A stretch of DNA of 64,000 bases from Asterias rubens (lineage: Eukaryota), in NCBI RefSeq assembly GCF_902459465.1, contig NC_047069.1:12276001-12340000 (forward strand), read 5' to 3'. A program made the position numbers and the translations under genes. Shown in pieces: positions 49,227-64,000 of the stretch. How positions within the stretch are numbered: the first letter of the stretch is position 1; every line of letters starts with the position of its first letter. Under the pieces are notes generated by a model, which did no database searches, was not told the origin of the DNA, and was given only the letters and a program-made list of their open reading frames with translations.

Positions 49227-52200
49227 TTACTGCTGGGCTACTTCTTCAATGGTGGTCTTCTCTGAGACGTAGATGCCATCAAGAAACTTTCTGATGTCCT
49301 TGTTCTTGACTGTGGTCGACTGTTGGATCAAGGCAGCTGTAATTGCAAAATAAGAACGGAAGGAGAACAAATAAACCACTGACAGACTTAAGATATAGAA
49401 CTAAATCTGTATCAGGACCCCCCCCCCCCCACCCCCTAAAATGCTACAAAACACAGAAAGGACTTGTCAAAATTCACAAAAGAAAACGCGCATAATGAGT
49501 ATGGAATTGTCCATGCACATGTGCTGGAATAATTATTCAGTTCGTTAGGAGGCTTTTGGGGTGCTGGGTGGCAGCAGATTTACCAGGTAAAATCCATTGT
49601 TCTTGCTCATGTATGCAAGCAATGTAACATTGTTTACTATGTAAACAATGTACCTTTGCACGTACCTAGTACGGTAGTAAATCTGCTTCAACCAAACGTT
49701 CTAAAGTCTTCCATTAGAATGTTCCCGCCAATCCAACTGTCGAGATGCTTCCTTACCAAGGCAAAACTGATTTGCCCATTAAAAGTAAACCATAACTGCC
49801 TAATTTCTTAGAGCTGCTTGAGCACAAAAACAAGCTGAACACAACAATATTATGCTTACCAGAATAAGGTTACCAGCCACACTTCCATGTCACAAGTACA
49901 ATTTGTAACTGATTAGCATGCTCACTTCTGCCAAGCAAAAAATTGCTTATGCAGTGTTTTCTGCTTAAAGCAGCTCTATGAAATTGACTTAGACCAGCAC
50001 AAAACTTCAGCTTTAAAACCATGGATAGAAACTTTAATGTGCCGCCTGCTTGACGGCTCGAGGGCGCCCTGAAACATTTTGTATCACTTCCCGGGTAAAT
50101 TCATTCATACCCAAAATAGTTATTAAAGACTGGAACACATTTCCACCACTGACATCATATCCATCACGGACAATAAGACGCTGTGACAACCAAGCAACTT
50201 CAAACTACGCCACAACAAAAGTGACATAACGCGATACAAACTTTGCTGGACGAATCACGTATACCCCCGGAAGTGATAAAAATACTATTGAGAGCACAAT
50301 CAGGCGGTCAAAAATATGACACATTAATAGCACAGAGTGACAGGACATTGAATTGCTCTTGATTTTATACCCAACTGACCTGACTGTGACACCAGCTCGA
50401 TATCGTTCCCCTCAATGATCAGCTCATCCTTCATCTTAGAGGACATCGTGCACTTAACGCCGTCCTTCATGTAGACGCGGCGGATGAACTTCTCGCCGAG
50501 AAAGTTTCGCACTTCAAGGAGCTTGTTGTCATCTTGGATGGCGCAGTTGATGGGGAAATGAGCGTACACACAACGCATCTTGTACTTGAAACCCTTCAAG
50601 GAGATGGAAAGACAAAATTACACTATAGTCAATGCAGATAGAACTGCTTTAACAAAGGAAAGTCACTAAACAAAAACCTGGAATTTCCTCTTTGAGAGGG
50701 CCAGGCCGTTTTTATTTAGCAAAGGGCACTTCTAATGGAAAACCTTAAGGGCCATGGGAAACATTTGGTGGGGCACCAAGGCCTAGACCAGGACAAGGCC
50801 TTTGTGGCATCAGCGTAATTCCAAGCCTGTGAACAGTTCAGCTTACAGAATCTTTCTCTGAAACGCTCTGTCCAAAAAAGTCATCAAAATAATAATAATA
50901 CTCCAATAATATGATGAATCTGGTAAGCCTGACAAAAGTGAATGATTTTTGGGATAAAGTTACAAATGAAGTTTTTCAATGCGATCAATGCATGTTTGCG
51001 ACATGAATGTTAGTATTCATTACTATTGGAAACAGGGAACATGACCAAAAGTGCTGGACGAATAGTGAAATTTTTGTTATTCGGATACCGCTGGCCAACT
51101 ATCCGAAATTAACCGGATATTCGAATAGTTTTTTCGCCGCTAGAGGGGGCTATTGGTTTTAGACAGTGTCACTTGGTTCGTTCATAAAAATGACCGGATC
51201 TAATTTAAAGATGGTGATTTGCTTTTTCTTTTGATCGTGATTGACTCTACGTGAAGGAAAACGTGTATAATCTTTGAACAAAATACGTCGGAAATGTCAT
51301 TGTTTTAACTCTTCATGGAGGTGAGCATAGTTAAATACTTAATTTATGCTGTTTTATGCTGTCTTAATAGAAGTTTCATAAGGATTCAGACAAAACATTT
51401 ATATCAGTTGTCGCCCGACGTCCGCGGATATTCGGATATTAAAGAATATCCGATTACTTGGTTGTAATTACAGAACTATCCGGTTTATTAATAGGTATTC
51501 GCACCCTATGCGGATATCCGGTTACGAAAAAAAAAGGCATTCGCGGTTACGGATAGGAAAACCTATTCGCCATTAACCGGATATTCGAATAATTCGCCCA
51601 GGCCTAATGACCAAGATGGCGACAGCGTGAGAAAGGTCTATTGGGGTAGTTGTTCGTGAATATTCTTTTAGGTTGAATGATTCTGCCTGGTTTGGGGTTT
51701 TTTAAATAAACTTGTGATGGTATAGCCAAGCTAAATACTTACCATTGTGACACCTTTGATCATGTTCTCAATGTGGGTGCATACAGTGCGGACACATGAT
51801 AGCTCCTTGCGGGTCCCGAACCACTTGTTCACTCTGATCTTCTTCTTGCTGATCCTCATGAGCTCCACACTGAGGTGCTTGAAGTTCCTGACCAAGGTCC
51901 CGCGTGGCCCCTTGACCGTGACAAGGCGGGCCTTGATTGTGACCTCAACTATATTCAGAGAAAAAAAAAATGTACATTCAAAATGAAACATTTGGTGTTC
52001 TGTCTAATTTCTTTAAACAAGCCATCAAACAAATAAGGTTTCAGCTTAACAAATGACATTTGCTTTTCCCCCAACCATGTTTTTAAGTAGTCCATTGGCG
52101 TTTTTTTCACTTGCCCACAGGAAGTTCTCAGAAAAATGAGTCAGAGTGAAGTTTTAGATAATGCGATATTGGCGGCTACAGTAACAAAATGAACGACGAG

Positions 52201-52576
52201 CCAATCCAGACAAGGGTAAGCCCCAAAGATTATAGAGCGCCGTAGGCGCAAGATGCGGAACTCGGGCTGAAATGTGAAATCCCACTGGACGGCATTTCGG
52301 CAAGTAACTCTTTTGATACAACAATAGATTAGTGCAGATTAGTGTAGACAATGACCGTTTCTATCAATGGGAAACAAAACATTCACTTGCTGAAATGGCG
52401 CCCATGCGTATTTCACGTTCCAACAATAGATAAAGCTTCAGTTCCGCATCTTGCGCCTTCGGCACTCTATAATCTTTGGTAAGCCCTGCCTCAGATTATC
52501 ACATTAGGTGAAATGTACATTAGTGCTTACTATTCTCAGGGATTTCCACAAATCTGGATGCCAGTATAGTCTTCAT
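49227..52576 (-). CDS. RPL9: 60S ribosomal protein L9 (uL6), 191 aa
   Basis: Exons 52576-52531 ([15 protein letters not shown]), 51948-51743 ([10 protein letters not shown]...), 50593-50380 ([16 protein letters not shown]...) and 49336-49227 ([28 protein letters not shown]) are in phase. Confidence 0.97.
52224..52480. mobile_element. MITE in RPL9 intron 2
   Basis: A ~40-bp inverted repeat CCAAAGATTATAGAGCGCCGTAGGCGCAAGATGCGGAACT / AGTTCCGCATCTTGCGCCTTCGGCACTCTATAATCTTTGG. Confidence 0.75.
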
Positions 52577-52721
52577 GGCTGCAACTATTAAAAAAAAAAA
52601 AAAAAATGGAGAGAAAATAAAATATGTTAGAATACTTGAGTTTTTTAATTTAAGTTTTAGAGCAAATGAGAAATGCTTACCCTGTAATCTTGACAAGGCA
52701 CCCTATACTGAGCTGTTATGG

Positions 52722-53346
52722 TCAAGGCCAAATAAAAAAAAATACCAGTTAATCGTCCAGATTTTTCAAAAAAGAGGAGGATGAGGGCCTTATTATTTAT
52801 TATTTACTATTAATTTATTTTTCAAGATGGCCGCTTAGTATTTCAAATCAAACAGTGCACCAATTCTTCAGTTTGAATCAACCGCAAATTTATTTTATAC
52901 CTATTAGTTGCATGAGGACCTGTGTTAACTCTAACACTAATAGGGTCGGATAACACTAAAAAGAGTTGCTGGTAGGCATTCACTATATTGTTTTATGAAA
53001 CAGACGGTTAAAAGTGTGCGACAAGTGGGGGCCGCATCCTTTTTGGGCCGCATCCTTTTTTTTAAAATACTATTTTAAAAAAAAAAAAAAAAAAAAAAAT
53101 CAATCTTTTCAAAAGGACTTGCCTAGACGCTTTCCCGAATCTAACGTGCAGGTCTTCTTGCAACTAATAGGTAAATAAATAAGTTTGCGGTTGATTCAGA
53201 CTGAGAATTGGTGGGCTGTTTGATTTGAAATACTAAGCGGCCATCTTGAAAAAAAATAGTAAATAGTAAATAGATAGTAAGGCCCTCATCCTCCTCTTTT
53301 TTGAAAAATCCGGACGATCAACTGGTATTTTTTAATTTGGCCTAAG
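52722..53346. mobile_element. MITE with ~190-bp TIRs in RPL9 intron 1
   Basis: 52722-52911 is the reverse complement of ~53158-53346 (AGGCCAAAT...ATACCAGTT...GAGGAGGATGAGGGCCTTA...CAAGATGGCCGCTTAGTATTTC). Confidence 0.8.
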
Positions 53347-54337
53347 TGATCATTACTAAAGCTTACTGCAGCAGTTGCCAGAGTTGCAGGGGATTCTGCA
53401 TCTGGGAAAAGTTTATTTTGGCAAATAGCCGAGATGGTGACCAACCATTGAAAGAGCAAAACCGAGCGCAAGCTGCTTGTGCCAAAAATGAAGACCAGCT
53501 AATTCAACAAAAAAGATTATTGTGAATGTGAAGATCATGTCACATATTCAAAAACTCAACTTTTTCACTTCAAAAGTCAGCCACAGCAGAAATGTCTGAG
53601 CGAGTTATATTAAAAAATAAAAGTATACTGAATAATATTAAAACATGTGTATAAAGCGCTTAATGCCGTCATTAAGCATGTTAAGCACACCAACCCCTAA
53701 CAATTTTAGAGAACTTATTTATTTCGATATGGTTATGAAATAATAGTGTCTCATTTACCTCAATGAGGTATCCCTCTTTGTAAAAATGAGTGAAAAAGTG
53801 GTGGCGCCATACGGAAAGTTATAAAAAATAAACAAAAAAAACTTATTTAAGTTCACAATTGATTTCAGTAATTACCTATACCAAAATTATTTGTGAACGG
53901 TATCGCAAGTTTAACACAATTATAAATTTCGTTAACTCAAATGAGCACTTAATCATTAAATTAAAATCAAAATTGTTAATTTATATTTAATATATTAAAT
54001 ATAATAATTGAAAGTTTTTGTTGAACAAAAAAAATAAATAAATAAATAAATAAGTCAACAAATCCATGTTTTCATTGAATGATCATATTTTCATTATCAA
54101 TCAAGTGTCAGAGCAAAGGCATTGATTTGCTGATTAATTTACAGGGTTTCATAACCTTGAAAATTATCACAATCCTGACAATTGTAGAGCTATGAATTTA
54201 ACAAGTTAACAGATGTCGGAAATGGACGCATTTACATTAATCATCATACTGTGGCCAATGTAGCTGGCGTTAGTTTCGTACAATTTGATACTCGTGGAAA
54301 GTAACGTTCATTAGTTTAAACTTGTTAATTTGATTAC

Positions 54338-54379
54338 CGATCAGAACTTAAAATTTGTAAACTTCTCCAAGTGAAGAGA
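54338..54379 (-). promoter_or_regulatory. Candidate RPL9 TCT initiator / 5'TOP first exon
   Basis: Minus-strand TCTCTTC (54379-54373) matches the TCT motif YC(+1)TYTYY of ribosomal-protein genes. A donor CG|GTAATC follows at 54337. The next RPL9 exon starts at 52584, 8 nt before the ATG. Confidence 0.4.
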
Positions 54380-55132
54380 ACACTACACAGTTGTTTTTAA
54401 TTTGTTCGCAATGCGAGAGTAAAGAATGCCATTACCATGGGGGTGAAATCGGATGAGCGACAGTTCACACGTATTTTCGGATGTGTTTACTAGTGTGGCC
54501 AATTGTATTCGTGCACCAAAATTCTTCAAAGATTTTAAAAATAACTGCTAATATTTGGCAAAAAATACACACTTCACTGTGACTACAGTTTTTCTCTTTA
54601 ACAATCTATTTTGTCTTTACTTCGGGATGTCTTTTAGAAAACGGGGAAATAATGGATTGAAATTAACCATCCCTCAGTTGGTATTACCTTCTTTTCAGCC
54701 CGACCAAAAGAGGAAGTTAAAGGTATTGTGGGAAAAAATCAAACTCCCCAGAATACCCAACAATTGTTCGTTATTTACCCCCCATTCGTGGTGGTGGAGA
54801 GTGCGTATATCATCAACGATTGAAAGTTGGAAGCATGGAGGTAGAAATGAAATAAAAAAAATCAATGTGTACTTTTGACTTGTTTATATATTTTGTTTAT
54901 TTATTCACTTTTTATCTATTTTGTCATTATTATTATTATTTTTTTTTGGGGGAGGGGGGAGGCGGGGTGTTGGTGTGGATTGTTTGTAATCACTTTGTAA
55001 TAATACAAACGATTTGTATTGTGAACAGAAAGAATGTCTCAATAAAGTTTTTGAGTGCCTGGAGCTTATGAATTGATTGTGATAGCCCATACGGATTTCA
55101 AGGGGAAGGGGCGTGTCCAACACGTGTACTGC

Positions 55133-55503
55133 TTAAAGACGCTGGCCATAATTGGTAATTGTCAAAGACTAGCCTTCACAGTTGGTGTATCTCAACATAT
55201 GCATAAAATAACTAACCTGTGAAAATTTGAGCTCAATCGGTCATCGAAGTTGCGAGATATACTAATGAAAAAAAAAAAAACCGTTGTCACACGAAGTTGT
55301 GTGCATTTAGATGGTTGATTTCGAGACCCCAAGTTCTAAATCTAAAGTCTCGAAATCGAATTCGTGGAAAATTACTTCTTTCTCAAAAACTATGGCACTT
55401 CAGAGGGAGCCGTTTCTCACAATGTTGTATACCATCAACCTCTCCCCATTACTTGTCACCAAGAAAGGTTTTATGCCAATAATTATTTTGAGTAATTACC
55501 AAG
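55133..55503 (-). mobile_element. MITE family A, one terminus truncated
   Basis: It starts TTAAAGACGCTGG and has the family A body. It breaks off at ...GAGTAATTACCAA. Confidence 0.85.
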
Positions 55504-56071
55504 AGGATCGACCATCTGGAACTATTTTGACCATCCCAGCACCCGGCCCCTCGCCCTCCTCTGACACGTAGTCCCACTATTGCTATGCCAATACTTTTTT
55601 CCTCAATACATTGTTGGAATATTTTAGTTGTCTCATGCCTTCTTTTATGCTCACTGAGCAAAACTTGAATACCGAACTTTATCGAGCTTGAAGGGGGGGG
55701 GGGGTGTAGGGTGGTCACGGTGCGGTGCGACACGGAGGAAGATGGATGAGATGAGGACAGTTTGATGCTGCCAAATAAATTACCAGAAATCTGGGGAGTC
55801 CTTAAAACGTGTCCGTCTCGGCTGGCCATCTCACTGGTGCCCGTGACGGTGTTTTAAGACGATGTGGAAAACAGTATACCAGCTATCTTTTCACTCTCAT
55901 CAAAACAACATTGGAGATTCAGTGGTTGATGTTCCTGCCGCCTCTAGCTGTCACTTTTTTGGCGTTTGCACTTGTTTAACAGTTTCCAATTTTTTAAAAA
56001 TAATACCACATCAAGCAGGAAGCTGTTCACATTAAATCTGAGTTGAAATATTTGATTGCAAAGGTTTAAAT

Positions 56072-59524
<3,453 letters not shown>

Positions 59525-62500
59525 ATATTCTATCGAGACTAGTGCCCAATTTCATACAGCTGTTACGCAGAAAATACTGCTTTAAAAAAATGCATTGCTA
59601 AGCAAAACTGAGTGGGCACTAGTTGCAACAATGCCAACTTTATAGGTTGTTGGCCCCAATACCTGTTTTTGCAAAGCAAGATTTTCCTGTGCTTAGCAGG
59701 TTATTGTGTTTACAGGGTTTATGAAATTGGGCCGAGAGACCTTGATCACGGTGCCAGCATCTTGTTCTTTCTTCCATTCAAACAAAGGTTAAACCAGAAT
59801 GAGTTTGGAAAGACAAAGGGTCAGGTTCCTTTTTGGTATAATGACAACCATATTTGTTACTGTTAAACCATACAGGGAAAATGATTTTGGCTGCAAGGAT
59901 GGCAAACATTTAACAAATGAATGGAGTCAAAATTTAATAGCTTCGCAGTGGCTATGGCCGGAAAACCGAAAAGTACCATTCTTCATTGCCAAATCCAAAG
60001 TTGCTTGATTCAAACACGGCCAGACACTACTGCATGGCACTTGATAAACATCAGTCATTTGTTCATTTCAAATTTGTGTATTATCTTCAGGGGGGGGGGG
60101 ATGGATTATGAAACTTTTGAGGTATTCCAGTCGGTTCCAAATGCAAATTTTAAAACCTATCTGAATAAGTTACACATTTTAGGACAAATTTAAAATGAGT
60201 TCCAACATTGAAATTAAATAACGGACGTTGCTGATAACAGCTATGCCAAGAGTTCATGTTGTCCCACTTATGTACATGTATTCAGATGGCATACGAGCAG
60301 TTTGTGGTAATTAATTTTAACACTGTACCATCATCAACTTAAACTGTCTTTTATAAATTTGTTTACAAGTAGTTTGTTTTCGTGAGTTTACACTCTACCA
60401 TGATTGACGACTACAATCTGTTGTAAATTGAGCTTTTTAAAATTTGTATTGGGTGTGGTTTCACTTGAAATGGGTACTTGGACTGCACAGGGTTAAAATA
60501 ACTTTGGGAACTGAGGTAATGGAACAATTTTAAACAATGACCATAAAATTGTAGTGTGCAAGAAGCCGCCATTTGTGCCTGCAATTCAATCATTATCTTG
60601 GTAAAAAAACACATCAAAAAACAACTAAGAAACAGACTATGCAATGATTCTGTTCATTTACTCTGACAGGGGTAGTCCTTTATTATGGTTTAGGAATCAA
60701 GAAACTTCCAACTACAATTGCACAGCTGATGCACAGCTGATATGCTTTAACCTCATCAGAAAACTAGTTTACTTGGTCAACCTTAAAAAGCTAGCATTAT
60801 GCCGTTAAATGATTTACTTAAAATTAAGTTTTTTTATTTTTCTCTCATGGGGGGCTTTGTATGAATATGTTTTTATTGCAAATGCATTTCCCAAATAAAA
60901 TAAAACACGAGTGATAATCCACAAAAAAGTTATACTGGTACTTGCGCATATACACTCAGTACTGAAGAAGGTTTAGCTAATGACACAAAAGCTGCATTAT
61001 CTCTTAGATTTGTGACAGCTGTATTTTGACTAACAACTAAAATAGATATTTGTGGAAAAAATGTAAAACGGGCAAGGGGATTTGCAAATTTAAATTAAGA
61101 ATAAATTTATTTTGTTTCTAAAAAAGTAACTTGCACTGTACATACACAAGTCACCATTATGTTGTCTTAACATGCATTAAATACATGTAAACTATACAAA
61201 TGACTCCTGCGTATTCATTTGCTGTGTTCTGTTCTCTACAATAATTTTGCAATACTTGGTTTGATTAAAATGAGGGTGCAATTACTTTGCGAGCGAGGTT
61301 AGTAAGTGGTGCCAATAACAAGCAAGTATCCTAGTGGCTGGATCACGGTGCTTTACAACATTATCCCTGTTCATCTTTGAATTTTCCTCAAACTTTCTGG
61401 GAGCATACAAGCTATGGGGTTAGTCTTACACATAACTGTCTTGGCCCTCGCAGGTTCTCATTTATACACCTGGGCTTCAGCAATTAGGGTTAAGTGCCTT
61501 GCTCAACCATGTAGCTCAGTCATGACTTGGTTAAAATGATTCTTTGGAAATACTGAGAGCCATGAAAAACGTGTGTTCTGAAGTACGTATTTGTCATGAG
61601 GATGTGGGTTTGAATCTTTACTGAAACAAAGCAATTGATTCCATGATTCTGGGTTTAGTTGTGATCAGCTTTCGACAGTAAAAGCAACGTGCGGAGCGTA
61701 GGGAAATTGGAAAGGGTGTGCCCAAAATTGGTTAGATCGAAAAAAATATATGTTTGCAGATTTGCACACAACTTTAACATGGTATGAAGATGGTCAAATA
61801 ATTTTCTAGTTCATCTGATGACCGATTTAACTCAACTTTCACAGGTTTGTTATTTCATGTGTATGTTGGGCAAAATGAAGTGCCGATACGCTCTTTGACA
61901 ACTACCAAAGTTGTCAACATCCATCATTTAATTTGAAGATTCAGTCTTGACAAAACATATCAGAACAGTGAACTTTTACTTTAATTGGATCAGTTTATTT
62001 GCTTTGAGACATGTGGGAAGAGAGAGTAAATTATAATATAATACATATATTGTTTAAATTGTCTTTGTCTTTAGGGAAGAGGGAAACAAATCTTCCTTTT
62101 CTTACATGTTAATGTAAAACTATTTTATATTTATTGTTCATTACTGGCTCCAGTCTCCCTTTATACAAGTTGGTATATGTTTTTCTGAACAATGTTAGCA
62201 CAATGTATTGACTGATGTTGACATGAAGTAAATGTATCTGAAATAAAATATATTCTTCTGGCAACCAAATGGTCCCCGATAAGCGACATGAATGACCCCA
62301 TTGAAGACCACAACAGTGGCAGGTAGTTTGTGCCAACGTAACGGCCACACCAACTGCAAATTGCCACACTCACTGATAAAGTCCACACCTGCTGAAAATG
62401 GCTGCAGCGAAAACCTATAGTGCCATCTGCCTCCAAATTTCACAGTCAAGACATCAAGAGACAGCATTATTAATGTCGCCTCAAAAACACAAGATTGTCT

Positions 62501-62609
62501 ACCATTTCTTTAATTGAAAACTACTCTTTCACAGGCATAAGCCTCAAAGAAATTGATACAAAATCAGCCATGTTTGAGTATTTTGGTAATTACGGTATTG
62601 GTTTTTGTA

Positions 62610-62945
62610 GCTATACAAAAACATTGTTTATGAAGGATTCTACACATCATTCCTAAAACCCTTCAACAAAGCATGAAAGTACGTGCTCAGACCATACTAA
62701 TGCATGTAAACACAGATTAAGTTTTATATTTCTTCTTTCATAAAACATGAAAAAAGACGTAATTGACTAAAAATAAATTCAACATGAAAACATTGTATAT
62801 GGAGGATTCTATGTACATGTAAAAACCCTCCCAACGAAGCATGAAAAGAACATGCTCGGACCATAATAATGTAAAGACATAGATTAATTGTTTATATTTC
62901 TTCTCTCATAATCCTGAAAAAGATGTAGTTGGCTAAAAATAATAG
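62610..62945. repeat. Diverged ~175-bp tandem duplication
   Basis: G(A/G)AGGATTCTA...AAAACCCT...AGCATGAAA...TGCTC(A/G)GACCATA...ATATTTCTTCT...CTAAAAATAA occurs twice. Confidence 0.7.
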
Positions 62946-63427
62946 CCGAGAGATTTTGAATTCTTTGTGAGATTAGCGTCTCTTTGATCTCTTTATCAAG
63001 CAATCCCTGAGTGCAATCTGTGGAAAGATGGACAAAAATCCAGGAATTAAAATTATTTCATTTTATTTATATATTTATTTAAAGCGATATTTAACCAGGG
63101 TACCCATCCAGCACAGATGATTATTTGGGGGCTCTCACATAATATAAAAATTACATCAAAGACAAAACACAAAGAATAACAAGGGAAACTTACTGGGTAA
63201 ATTAATGCTTCTTAAATAATAATAAATCTGAGTAGATTTTTAAAAATCTAGAGTATCACAATGTGGTTGAACTCTTTTATTTACAAGCACTGGAACTAAC
63301 AATTAAAGAGTTAATACTTGGGAATAACAATGATCTATAACCTTTCAAAGAAAAAGGGCGAACTTGGACAATCCAAGGCACTTTACGGCAGGCGTGCGTT
63401 TGAAACTGTTGCAACACCATATCCCGC

Positions 63428-63813
63428 TTAAAAGCACTGGCCACTATTGGTAATTGTCAAAGACCAGTCTTCTCACTTGGTGTATCTCAACATATGCATA
63501 AAATAACAAACCTGTAATAATTTGAGCTCAATCGGTCCTCGAAGTTCCGATATATTAATGAAAGAAAAAAACACCCTTGTCACACAAAGTTGTGTGCTTT
63601 CAGATGCTTGATTTCGAGACCTCAAATTCTAAACGTGAGGTCACAAAATCAAATTAGTGGAAAATTACTTCTTTCCCGAAAACTACGTTACTTCAGAGCG
63701 AGCCGTTTCTCACAATGTTTTATACCACCAACCTCTCCCCATTACTCGTTACCAAGTAAGGTTTTATGCTAATAATTATTTTGAGTCATTACCAATAGTG
63801 TCCACTGCCTTTA
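63428..63813 (-). mobile_element. MITE family A, full length
   Basis: TTAA at both ends, TIR (G)CACTATTGGTAATT and the central palindrome. Confidence 0.85.
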
Positions 63814-64000
63814 AAATAACACAAGTACATGCACACAAAACAAAGACACTCCATTTTTGCATGGACCATTTTTGTGGAAACACGTTTTTGCAGACCAAGA
63901 TAAAAACATTTTTTGCACTGATGTAATGATATCAAACTTTACCTGTTTGTCTCTGAAGGAGCGCTTTGTCTTGGACTTGATGTTGTATTTCTGTTTGACC

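Noticed and set aside
50810-50887. Possible C/D snoRNA (TTGATGA ... CTGA on the minus strand) in RPL9 intron 3
   Set aside because: The D box lies within repeat family E, and there is no terminal stem or recognisable rRNA antisense element.
55449-55829. 126-aa minus-strand ORF between RPL9 and YIPF5
   Set aside because: It shows no recognisable domain, relies on a poly-G run, and ends inside a MITE.
55933-55950. Second CTCF-like motif near YIPF5
   Set aside because: It has several mismatches in the core GGC positions.

Overview
This is AT-rich, repeat-dense animal genomic DNA. I infer a deuterostome invertebrate, probably a sea star, from the protein matches and repeat content; this could not be verified. 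I assembled six spliced protein-coding genes by hand from GT-AG sites, and codon phase is consistent across every junction. In order: (1) an uncharacterised ~964-aa gene on the minus strand, with an acidic N-terminus, a BC-box/cullin-box-like motif, TPR-like helices and a beta-rich C-terminal half; (2) MTIF3 (+), head-to-head with gene 1; (3) GTF3A/TFIIIA (-), convergent with MTIF3, with nine C2H2 fingers and an unusual ~26-unit Thr/Glu/Ser heptad-repeat tail; (4) YIPF6 (-); (5) RPL9 (-); (6) YIPF5/7 (+). The human orthologues of all five identifiable genes lie on the ParaHox paralogon chromosomes (13, X, 4, 5). Introns and intergenic DNA are full of TTAA-flanked Kolobok-like MITEs, Harbinger-like MITEs, tRNA-Leu-derived SINEs and 5'-truncated L2 LINEs. 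I found no intact tRNA, rRNA, CRISPR array or autonomous transposon. Most entries in the ORF track are repeat-derived or single exons.
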